Shown here: positions 1-7,869 of the stretch, in pieces | How the letters are laid out: each line of letters opens with the position of its first letter | Numbering within the stretch: the stretch's first letter is position 1 | Assembly: GCA_021795215.1 (NCBI GenBank) | Contig: JAJYPS010000003.1 | Location: 1-51,373, forward strand | Origin: Actinomycetes bacterium | Lineage (GTDB): Bacteria > Actinomycetota > Acidimicrobiia > Acidimicrobiales > JAKAOS01 | Direction of reading: 5' to 3' | Length of the DNA: 51,373 bases | Translations under genes and position numbers: made by a program | Notes under the pieces: generated by a model | What the model was told of the DNA's origin: nothing | Seen by the model: the letters and a program-made list of their open reading frames with translations, nothing else | The model's database searches: none

Positions 1-232
1 GATCTCCGTGCTCCCGCTCGAGCGCCTGGCCCACCGCTTCCATCAGGCCCCCGTACGCGTAGAGCAAGCCGAACCAGCACGCTTCCTCCACGTTCTTCGA
101 CCAACCGGGGTCCTTCGACCAACCGGGGTCCTTCGACCAACCGGGGTCCTTCGACCAACCGGGGTCCTTGACGTGACTGGCCGCACCGCTCTCGTCAGAC
201 CCCCTTGTGCCGCTGCTACCGCTCGCACTCAA
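1..232 (-). CDS. MarR-family transcriptional regulator, N-terminal part (runs off window edge; absent from ORF track)
   Basis: Minus-strand open frame from TTG at 232 reads LSASGSSGTRGSDESGAASHVK(DPGWSK)4NVEEACWFGLLYAYGGLMEAVGQALEREHGD. This resembles MarR helix 1-2 (AW.GLL.A...LM..L...LE.EHG). It is divergent from an MFS pump. Confidence 0.7.
   Translation of the reverse strand, partial: MSASGSSGTRGSDESGAASHVKDPGWSKDPGWSKDPGWSKDPGWSKNVEEACWFGLLYAYGGLMEAVGQALEREHGD
95..166. repeat. 4 x 18-bp tandem repeat CTTCGACCAACCGGGGTC
   Basis: Exact copies at 95, 113, 131 and 149; in frame inside the MarR N-terminus (DPGWSK x4). Confidence 0.97.
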
Positions 233-412
233 CCGACACCACTTTTCCCTCTCCGCCCGCAGGCGGTCGTCGTGCAGGCAAGCTCCACAGAACTCGACTT
301 ACAGTCCGGCTCCCCTGCAAGCTACGACGGTACGCCCCGCCTTCCCCGTCCGCCTCCCATTTTCCACCGTTTCACAGATACCGGTTTTTGAGGCTCCTCG
401 CTCTCGCTCCAC

Positions 413-441
413 TTGCACTGCGTGCGCACGCAGTTTAGTGT
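413..441 (+). promoter_or_regulatory. Sigma70-like promoter of the MFS gene with an overlapping 18-bp perfect palindrome (probable MarR operator)
   Basis: TTGCAC (413-418), 17-bp spacer, TAGTGT (436-441). Palindrome ACTGCGTGCGCACGCAGT at 417-434. Confidence 0.65.
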
Positions 442-483
442 GTGCGCCTGCAGGCATCTTAGTCGACCGTACGAGGAGGCACC

Positions 484-1995
484 ATGACGACGACACCGGG
501 CACCGCTCACACCACTCCGCCGGACCGGAGGATCCGACCTGCCGACGACGGGCCGCCTACTCCACGGCGCGGGCGCTCCCTGGCGGTGCTGGCGGTGGCG
601 CAGTTCATGGTCATCCTCGACGCCACGATCGTGAACATCGCCCTTCCGCACATCCAAAAGGCGTTCTCCTTCCACCTGGACACGCTGTCGTGGGTCCTGA
701 ACGCCTACACGATCCCCTTCGCCGGGCTGCTGCTGCTGGGCGGGAGGCTGGCGGACCTGATGGGCCGCCGGAGAGTGTTCGTGTCCGGCCTCCTGCTTTT
801 CGCCGCGGGGTCGCTGCTCGGCGGGCTGGCTCCGGACGGAGCCGCCCTGGTGGGCGCCCGCGCCGCCCAGGGAGTCGGGGCGGCCATGCTGTCCCCCGCC
901 GCCCTGGCGCTGCTCACCGCCATCTACCCGATGGGCAAGGACCGGGACCGCGCGATGGGGGTGTGGATGGGCCTCGCCGCTCTCGGCGGAACGCTGGGAG
1001 TCGTGTTGGGTGGCCTGCTGGTAGGCGACGTCGGTTGGCGGGCGGTCTTCTACGTGAACGTGCCCGTAGCTCTGGTCGCCGCCGGGATCGCCGGCTGGCT
1101 GGTGCCCGAGAGCCGCGATACCTCCGATCACCGGTCATTCGACACTCCCGGAGCGGTGACGGTGACGCTGGGCCTTCTTGCGCTGGTCTATGCCGTCACC
1201 CGCAGTGCCGTGTGGGGCTGGACCAACGGCGTAACGCTCGCGTGCTTCGGCGCTTCGGCCCTGCTGCTGGCCACGTTCGTCGCCGTGGAGTCACGTGCAC
1301 GCCGCCCACTCGTGCCGCTGGGTAATCTCGGGCGCCGAGCGCTTGCCGCGTCCTATGCAGGGCAACTGCTCCTGGGCGCCACCTTCCTGTCGACGTTCTT
1401 CGTCACCGCCGTGTATCTCGAAGAAGTTCAGGGAATGTCTGCGGTCAGGGCGGGGCTTGCGTTCCTGCCGATGGGATTTGCCGCAATCGTGGGAGCCGGC
1501 ATGGCTGCCCAGCTGACCGGAAGGCTGGGAGTGAGAGCGGTGTTCTCGGTGGGCGCCGTGGTGCTCATGGCGGGACTGGTCCTGTTGGGTACGGTGCCGG
1601 CCCACGCCGGCTATGTCGGGCACATCCTTCCCGGCACGGTCCTGTTGGGTCTGGGCATCCCCTGGTGCGGCATACCCACCACGCTGACTGCGACCGCAGT
1701 CGCGGGCAACGACGACGCCGGGCTGGCATCGGGACTGCTCAACACGGCGTTCCAGGTCGGCGCTGCTCTGGGCCTGGCAACGCTCACCACCGTCGCAGCC
1801 GACCGTACGCGCCACGTCTTGCACACCGCGACCCATCTCCGGGCGCTCGCTCCGGTCGAGCAGCTGTCGGCGCTCACGTCGGGATTTCGTTGGGCCTATC
1901 TGGTCGCCCTGGGCCTCTGCGCCGCCAACCTCGCCGTCGCCGCCGGTGGCACCCGTGCGGCAGACGCGACCCCAGCGCTGGCCACGGCTTCCTGA
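484..1995 (+). CDS. MFS drug:H+ antiporter, DHA2 (EmrB/QacA) family
   Basis: LAVAQFMVILDATIVNIALP, WVLNAYT..FAGLLLLGGRLAD..GRRR, WRAVFYVNVP; about 14 hydrophobic segments. Confidence 0.95.
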   Translation: MTTTPGTAHTTPPDRRIRPADDGPPTPRRGRSLAVLAVAQFMVILDATIVNIALPHIQKAFSFHLDTLSWVLNAYTIPFAGLLLLGGRLADLMGRRRVFVSGLLLFAAGSLLGGLAPDGAALVGARAAQGVGAAMLSPAALALLTAIYPMGKDRDRAMGVWMGLAALGGTLGVVLGGLLVGDVGWRAVFYVNVPVALVAAGIAGWLVPESRDTSDHRSFDTPGAVTVTLGLLALVYAVTRSAVWGWTNGVTLACFGASALLLATFVAVESRARRPLVPLGNLGRRALAASYAGQLLLGATFLSTFFVTAVYLEEVQGMSAVRAGLAFLPMGFAAIVGAGMAAQLTGRLGVRAVFSVGAVVLMAGLVLLGTVPAHAGYVGHILPGTVLLGLGIPWCGIPTTLTATAVAGNDDAGLASGLLNTAFQVGAALGLATLTTVAADRTRHVLHTATHLRALAPVEQLSALTSGFRWAYLVALGLCAANLAVAAGGTRAADATPALATAS

Positions 1996-2031
1996 GGCGG
2001 GTGACGGAAGGGCGCGGGGGCGGGCAGGAGC

Positions 2032-2121
2032 CGGGTGTCGGGTGTCGGGTGTCGGGTGTCGGGTGGGTGTCGGGTGTCGGGTGTCGGGTGTCGGGTGTCG
2101 GGTGGGTGTCGGATGTCGGGT
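2032..2121. repeat. CGGGTGT heptamer microsatellite with a 39-bp higher-order duplication
   Basis: (CGGGTGT)4-CGGGT-GGGTGT occurs at 2032-2070 and 2071-2109, followed by degenerate units. Lies between convergent genes. Confidence 0.95.
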
Positions 2122-2301
2122 GGGAGCCGGGAGTCCAACCGGCACCGGGCTCCGGGCCGGGCGCAGCACACGAGAGGGGGGCTTCCCTCGGTCCACTCCC
2201 TCCGACACTCCCGGCCGGCGCCTAGACCGCCCCCTTGCCGCCGTCGTGCCATTATCAGCCAGTGCTCTGCCCTGCGCACAGCTGGTCGACGCCGGGACTG
2301 C

Positions 2302-4008
2302 TCAGGTGGAAGAGCGTAGTTGAACAAGACTGGGGATGGAGGCTCCTGGTTCCTTACACCTGTCGTGACACTCCTTCTCCAATGTGCAGCAGAGAGAGCA
2401 GATGCCGCCTCCGTGGAACGGGCATGCCGCCATGTCGGCGATCTCGTAGGACTCCGCGCACACCCTGCATCCCAACTCGACCTCGGCGACGGTGGGGCCG
2501 TCGGTGGTGGCGTCGGCGAGGGCTGCCTCGGCCATCAGATCCGGCCGAGCGAGGTAGTAGCGGCCCTTGGTGGCCAGCGCGATCAGCGGTGAAGCTACGA
2601 ACGCTATCAACAGCGCAAGAAAGGGAGAGAACGCCTGGGCGAACGGGCCGAACGTGCCGAAGAACGCCGCCACGGAGACAGCCGACGCAATCAGCATCGA
2701 GCCGAAGCCGACCGGGTTGACCGTATGGAGGTGGGCCCGCTTGAACTCGATGTACGGAGGGCTGATCTTCAGCAGTGGCTTGTTGATCACCAGGTCTGCC
2801 ACGACCGCTCCCACCCAGGCGATGGCGACGTTGGAGTAGAAGCCCAGCACGAAGTTGAGGACCCCGAACACGCCGCCCTCCATCAGACCGAGGGCAATGG
2901 CCACGTTGAAGAATATCCACACCACCCTGCCGGGGTGCCAGTGGAGCACCCTGGAGTAGAAGTTGGACCACGACAGCGATCCCGAGTAAGCGTTGGTCAC
3001 GTTGATCTTTATCTGGGACAGCACCACGAACACCGTGGCCGCCGCAAGTGCTCCGACGGGCATGAACGACTTGAAGCCTCCGAGAAGCTGCTCTATGGGC
3101 TCGACCGCTTTGGTGAGCCCGACCTGCGAGGCCACGTAAAAGGCGAGGAATGCTCCCGACAGCTGCTTGACTGCGCCCAGCACGACCCAGCCCGGACCGG
3201 CGGCGATAACCGACAGCCACCACCGCTTTGCGTTGGCATCGGTCTTGGCAGGCATGAACCGCAGATAGTCCACCTGCTCGCCTATCTGGGCGATCAGCGA
3301 GAGGGCCACGCCGGCTCCCAGACCCATCGCTATGAAGTCGAAATGGGATCCGTTCTTGGCTGTACCACCGAAGTGAGTCCACCCAGAGAACGCATGCGGG
3401 CTGGTCACAGCTATGGCCACCAACGGAGCGGCCATCATCACCAACCACAGGGGCTGCGTCCAGACCTGCAGCTTGGACAGCGCCGTCATGCCGTACATCA
3501 CCAGCGGGATCACTATGAGCGACACGATCAGATAGCCCACCGCCACCGGTATGCCGAGCGACATCTGAAGCGCCTGGGCCATGATCGAGCCCTCGAGCGA
3601 GAAGAAGATGAACGTGAAGCTGGCGTAGATCAGCGACGTGATCGTGGAGCCCAGATAGCCGAAGCCCGCACCCCGGGTCAGCAGGTCCATGTCGATCGAG
3701 TAGCGGGCGGCGTAGTAGGCGATGGGGATGCCGGTGAGGAAGATGACCGACGCCGCGAGCAGGATCGCCCACACGGCGCTCGAGAAGCCGTGAGTCACCG
3801 CGATGGAACCGCCGATGGCGTAGTCGGCCAGGTATGCGATGCCGCCGAGCGCCGTGGTCGCCACCACGTACTCGTTCCATTTGCGGTACTTGGCAGGCGC
3901 GTAGCGGAGCGAGTAGTCCTCCATCTTGGCATTGCCGACCAACCCGCCGTAGCGGCGGACCCGCTTCGGACTGCCTTCGGCGACGACGGAAGCCTGTTCC
4001 AGAGTCAT
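2302..4008 (-). CDS. Purine-cytosine-permease-like membrane protein with C-terminal Cys-rich (Zn-finger-like) tail
   Basis: Start MTLEQ at 4008 after an AAGGAG RBS. Motifs EDYSLRYAP, IDMDLLTRGAGFGYLGS, KINVTNAYSGSLSWSN; about 13 TM segments; tail CRVC...CPFH...ICSLCC...CHD.CK. Confidence 0.85.
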   Translation of the reverse strand: MTLEQASVVAEGSPKRVRRYGGLVGNAKMEDYSLRYAPAKYRKWNEYVVATTALGGIAYLADYAIGGSIAVTHGFSSAVWAILLAASVIFLTGIPIAYYAARYSIDMDLLTRGAGFGYLGSTITSLIYASFTFIFFSLEGSIMAQALQMSLGIPVAVGYLIVSLIVIPLVMYGMTALSKLQVWTQPLWLVMMAAPLVAIAVTSPHAFSGWTHFGGTAKNGSHFDFIAMGLGAGVALSLIAQIGEQVDYLRFMPAKTDANAKRWWLSVIAAGPGWVVLGAVKQLSGAFLAFYVASQVGLTKAVEPIEQLLGGFKSFMPVGALAAATVFVVLSQIKINVTNAYSGSLSWSNFYSRVLHWHPGRVVWIFFNVAIALGLMEGGVFGVLNFVLGFYSNVAIAWVGAVVADLVINKPLLKISPPYIEFKRAHLHTVNPVGFGSMLIASAVSVAAFFGTFGPFAQAFSPFLALLIAFVASPLIALATKGRYYLARPDLMAEAALADATTDGPTVAEVELGCRVCAESYEIADMAACPFHGGGICSLCCTLEKECHDRCKEPGASIPSLVQLRSST

Positions 4009-4020
4009 TGCTGGCTCCTT

Positions 4021-4052
4021 TCGGATGGTTGGGCCTTCTCGGATGGTTGGGC
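4021..4052. repeat. 14-bp direct repeat TCGGATGGTTGGGC x2 (18-bp period)
   Basis: Copies at 4021 and 4039, between the fmdA stop and the permease start. Confidence 0.85.
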
Positions 4053-4072
4053 TCTTTCGGCTGCTGGGCAAG

Positions 4073-5320
4073 TCATCTGGCCGTGGCGCAGCTGCCCCGG
4101 TCGGACGCTTCCGGTCCCGCCGTGGAGGGGCGGATGTCGAAGTCGAATATGGCCGTGGGTATGTACAGCGAGCAGCAGGCGTTGGGAATGTCGACCACTC
4201 CGCTGATGCGGCCCTCCACCGGCGCTGCACCCAGGATCAGATAGACCTGCTCCGGAGAGAAACCGAACTTGCTCAGGTAGGCGATCGCATTGAGGCAGGC
4301 CCGCCGATAGGCCAAGGTGGCGTCGAGGTAGTGGTTCGTGTCGCTGTCGTGGTCCACCGAGATGCCGACGAAGGTCAGGAACTCGCTGTAACGGGGCTCC
4401 ACGTTGCCCGGCTGGAAGATCGGGTTCGTGGTCACCCCGTACGTTTCCATTCCGCCCTTTATCAGGTCTATTCCGAGATCTATGAAGCCGCCCATCTCGA
4501 TGGCGCCGCAGAACGTGATCTCGCCGTCGCCTTGACTGAAGTGCAGGTCGCCTCCGGAGAGCTTGGCGCCCGGCACGTACACCGGGTAGTAGACGCGCGA
4601 GCCACGGGTCAGGTTCTTGATGTCGTGGTTGCCGCCGTTCTCACGGGGGGGCACGGTGCGGGCCCCCTCCCGGCCGATCCTGTCGAGGTCCGGCCCGGAC
4701 AGGGTTCCGGCCAGCACTCCGGACGGCTCCGGCGGCAGCGCAAGAGGGGGCACCCGCTCCGGATCGGTCGCCACAAGCGACGCTTCCCGGGCGTTCCAGC
4801 GAGCCAGCATCTCCGGCGAAGGGGCCGTGCCGAACAGTCCGGGATGGGTTATGCCGGTGAAGCGGACACCCGGCAGGTGGCGTGACGTCGCCTGCTGGCC
4901 GTGGAAGTCCCATATGGCCTTGTAGGCGTCGGGAAAATAGTCGGTCAGGAAACCGCCGCCGTTCTCCCTGGCGAAGATGCCGGTGTAGCCCCAGCCCTGT
5001 CCGGGAGCCGGGCCGCTCTCCTGCGGCACCGGTCCGAGGTCCAGGATGTCCACCACCAGCAGGTCTCCTGGCTCCGCACCTTCCACCGACACCGGCCCGC
5101 TCAACATGTGGGCCCTCGTCAGGTCCACGTCCGCCACGTCCCTGGCCGAGTCGTTGTTGCCTATCTGGCCGTCGGTCCACTCACGACACTCGATCCGCAC
5201 CTCGCTGCCCGGTCTCACGTTCGCTGCGGCAGGCACGTCGGGGTGCCACCGGTTGTGGCCCGGCACGGCCTGTTCGGTCATCGACTTGGACTGGTCCACC
5301 GAGAACACCACTTCGGGCAT
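4073..5320 (-). CDS. fmdA: Formamidase (FmdA/AmdA acetamidase/formamidase family)
   Basis: Start MPEVVFSVD; GHNRWHPDVP, ECREWTDGQI, ENGGGFLTDYFP, PPRENGGNHDIK, GDLHFSQGDGEI, DATLAYRRACLNAI. Confidence 0.93.
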   Translation of the reverse strand: MPEVVFSVDQSKSMTEQAVPGHNRWHPDVPAAANVRPGSEVRIECREWTDGQIGNNDSARDVADVDLTRAHMLSGPVSVEGAEPGDLLVVDILDLGPVPQESGPAPGQGWGYTGIFARENGGGFLTDYFPDAYKAIWDFHGQQATSRHLPGVRFTGITHPGLFGTAPSPEMLARWNAREASLVATDPERVPPLALPPEPSGVLAGTLSGPDLDRIGREGARTVPPRENGGNHDIKNLTRGSRVYYPVYVPGAKLSGGDLHFSQGDGEITFCGAIEMGGFIDLGIDLIKGGMETYGVTTNPIFQPGNVEPRYSEFLTFVGISVDHDSDTNHYLDATLAYRRACLNAIAYLSKFGFSPEQVYLILGAAPVEGRISGVVDIPNACCSLYIPTAIFDFDIRPSTAGPEASDRGSCATAR

Positions 5321-5601
5321 CAGGCGCTCCTCCCGGCCAGCGGAGCGGAGCAGCAACTCGCCGAAGCACAGGACGAGGCGCCGCCTTGGCAACGGAGCAC
5401 TACTTCGGGCTCGTCTCGGCACTTCTCCTCCCTCGCCCGGGCCGCAAGGATCGGTGAAGCGGCAGTCGAGAACGACGCCGAGAAGACCCTCCGTGCCGAA
5501 GTGCCGCAGGAGCCGCAGGGCAGCGCTGCAGGCGCGCTGCCCATCGGTAGCGACTCGGTGAACGGCCCGCAGGCCGGGCAGCGGAATGCGTAAGGTGTCA
5601 C
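5320..5601 (-). CDS. fmdB: FmdB-family zinc-ribbon regulatory protein
   Basis: GTG start, TPYAFRCPACG...LPCGSCGTSARRVFS...RDEPEVV; TGATG overlap with the fmdA start. Confidence 0.85.
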   Translation of the reverse strand: MTPYAFRCPACGPFTESLPMGSAPAALPCGSCGTSARRVFSASFSTAASPILAARAREEKCRDEPEVVLRCQGGASSCASASCCSAPLAGRSA

Positions 5602-5608
5602 GTCTCTT

Positions 5609-5648
5609 CTCCCGTGTGTGGCAATGGTCCTCCCGTGTGTGGCAATGG
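5609..5648. repeat. 19-bp direct repeat CTCCCGTGTGTGGCAATGG x2 (21-bp period)
   Basis: Exact copies at 5609 and 5630, immediately upstream of fmdB. Confidence 0.9.
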
Positions 5649-5753
5649 AAGCAACTGCAAAGTGGTTCCGCTCAGGCGTCGACAGCTCTCTGGGTTCCCG
5701 GTGCCGAGCACTCCCCTCTCGTGTCGACCCCGCTCGGGGCGGTGTGCTCGCAT

Positions 5754-5795
5754 CAGGCGATGTCTCTTGGACAGCAGGCAATGTCCCTTGGACAG
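5754..5795. repeat. 21-bp tandem duplication CAGGCRATGTCYCTTGGACAG
   Basis: Copies at 5754 and 5775 with two mismatches. Confidence 0.85.
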
Positions 5796-6218
5796 GTTTT
5801 CCGGCAATTGCAACGCTACTCAGCGTGAGAACAATTATGCACGGCGGTCCTCCATTCCCCCCCGTCTCGGAGCCTCCAACACCCCACTACCGATGCATGA
5901 TCTCGAACACGAGCTGAAGGTTAGATAAGCAAACGGCTCCACATGTTGCCGATATATGTACAGTGCGTTAACTAGATCTCTGACGTCGCCGTGACCGACC
6001 ATCCCGTCGCACTCCGGGCCCACTTGCAACCAGTAGGGCGGTAGAACGACGACGACCGTACTGCTGCCGTCGGTCGCCGGTATCCAATATGACATAGAGG
6101 GCTACAGGCCAATCATGCTGTCTGCGAACCGTCCATCTCTTCTATGACGTGTGGCCCGCACGGGTCGTGCTCTCAGGTCGGGGCCCGAACAGGTCGAGGG
6201 GCCCGAACCGCACTTGCC

Positions 6219-7778
6219 CTAAACAGCTCTGTCTATATCCAAGCCGGACGCGGCGATCAAACGAGGGCGGTCGGAGCGGTTGCCTTCGGAGGCTCTTCGG
6301 TGACGCGCCGCGTAGTACGCAGCTCCGACCAGCAGGCCACCAGACAGGACGATGGGTCCCCAGACAGTCGGGAAAACGACAGGGTAGAACGTGTAATAGA
6401 TGCCGAGCACGGTGGACGCCAGCGATGCGAGCGGCAGAACGACGTGGGTGACCGCTCTCGTCATTCGCCTCTTCCGAGCGAAGGCAGGCAGCACGGCATT
6501 TCCCAGGATGTGCCCGACAAACTCTCCCATGGTCCCGACGAGGATCAACACGAGAAACGCCGTGTCGGGACCGGCCGCCGCGCCGGCTATCACGGCCCCG
6601 AGGGCAGCTACGGCGAACGTCGAGGCGACCGCCACCCGTGGGCTGCCGCTACGGGAGTCCACTCTTGCGACCGGGGCGGGGAGCATCCCACACTCGCCCA
6701 TGGCATAGGCGACTCTGCTCACCACCAAAGTCGAAGCAACGATGGCGCTGGCGATGCTGTTGGCCATGAACACCGGTGCCGGGATCTCTGCGGGCGTACC
6801 CAGGAAGTGCTGGATCACCAGCAGGCCGGGAATGTTCGAGGCGGCGAAGCCGGCCATCTTGCCGGCACCCCAACCGACGGTCATGGCGTAGGACACCAGC
6901 AGGAACACGACCACAACGGCCGAGGTGGACCACAGCAGACCGCGCCTGATGGTCCGGTGGGGCAGCTTGGCCTCGTGACCCAGGTAGACCGTGGCGGTCG
7001 ATCCGGACATCGAGAAGTCGGCCAGCAGCATGCCGATGCCTACTCCTGCAAGCCCGTTGTGGGCGAGGGCAGGATCGAACACGCGGCCCGTGTTGGCGGG
7101 GCCGGCCAGCACCACGATGGCCACCGCGGCACCCACCATGAGAACGAGCTCGATCATCCCAGTCACCAGGCCATAGCGCAGGGACGGGCGCACCCCCCGG
7201 TAGACGAGGCCGATCGGGACGGCCAGGACGGCTACGGGCAACACGACCCACACCCAGGAGGGACCTGTAGAGAGGTGGAACTGGGCCAGCAGCGACTGGA
7301 CCATCACCGAGAAGTAGACCGCACCTGCAGCTGCGAAGGCGGCGTAGTAGATGGCGTAGCAGAGCCCCGTCAGAAACCCGACGAAACCGTTGCTGCCCTG
7401 GGTGACGAAGTAGAACATGCCACCAGAGCTGGCCAGCTTCTTCGAGTACTGCAGCGGCGTATTGACCCACAGCCACACCAGCACGGCACCCAGCAGGTAT
7501 GCGAGCGGCATCGCCCCACGGGCGTAGATCGCCGCAGAGGTCATTACGGCACCCATGCACAGCAGCGGACCGTTGGCGATTATGCCCTGTGCGATCACAT
7601 GTCCTACAGCGGCGCTGTCCCGCTGGAGGCCGCTGCCGGCTACGGCCGAAGGCCCACCGGCGGTCGTCGCATCGCCCAGCAGCGATCCGGTGGACCTTGT
7701 GGCGGTCGACCGATCGCCTCCCACGCCGGCAGCTTGGCTGGTGGAAACCCGCGACGCGCTTCGGAACGTGAATATCAT
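6219..7778 (-). CDS. APC-superfamily amino acid/polyamine-type permease (candidate guanidine importer)
   Basis: About 12 TM segments, LASSGGMFYFVTQG, YLGHEAKLPHRTIRR, SRVAYAMGECGMLP. Same strand and 91 bp downstream of the guanidine hydrolase. Confidence 0.88.
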   Translation of the reverse strand: MIFTFRSASRVSTSQAAGVGGDRSTATRSTGSLLGDATTAGGPSAVAGSGLQRDSAAVGHVIAQGIIANGPLLCMGAVMTSAAIYARGAMPLAYLLGAVLVWLWVNTPLQYSKKLASSGGMFYFVTQGSNGFVGFLTGLCYAIYYAAFAAAGAVYFSVMVQSLLAQFHLSTGPSWVWVVLPVAVLAVPIGLVYRGVRPSLRYGLVTGMIELVLMVGAAVAIVVLAGPANTGRVFDPALAHNGLAGVGIGMLLADFSMSGSTATVYLGHEAKLPHRTIRRGLLWSTSAVVVVFLLVSYAMTVGWGAGKMAGFAASNIPGLLVIQHFLGTPAEIPAPVFMANSIASAIVASTLVVSRVAYAMGECGMLPAPVARVDSRSGSPRVAVASTFAVAALGAVIAGAAAGPDTAFLVLILVGTMGEFVGHILGNAVLPAFARKRRMTRAVTHVVLPLASLASTVLGIYYTFYPVVFPTVWGPIVLSGGLLVGAAYYAARHRRASEGNRSDRPRLIAASGLDIDRAV

Positions 7779-7869
7779 GAGGACACCTCGCTGGTCGATG
7801 AGGAGATGAGCACGACGGAACGTGAGGCTTCGGCTCGGCCCCTGGAGTCGGTCGGAGCGCTGATGGGTC

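Noticed and set aside
5945-5971. GlnR box upstream of fmdB
   Set aside because: Only two pentamers 22 bp apart (GCAAC, TTAAC) with a non-matching middle site; too weak.
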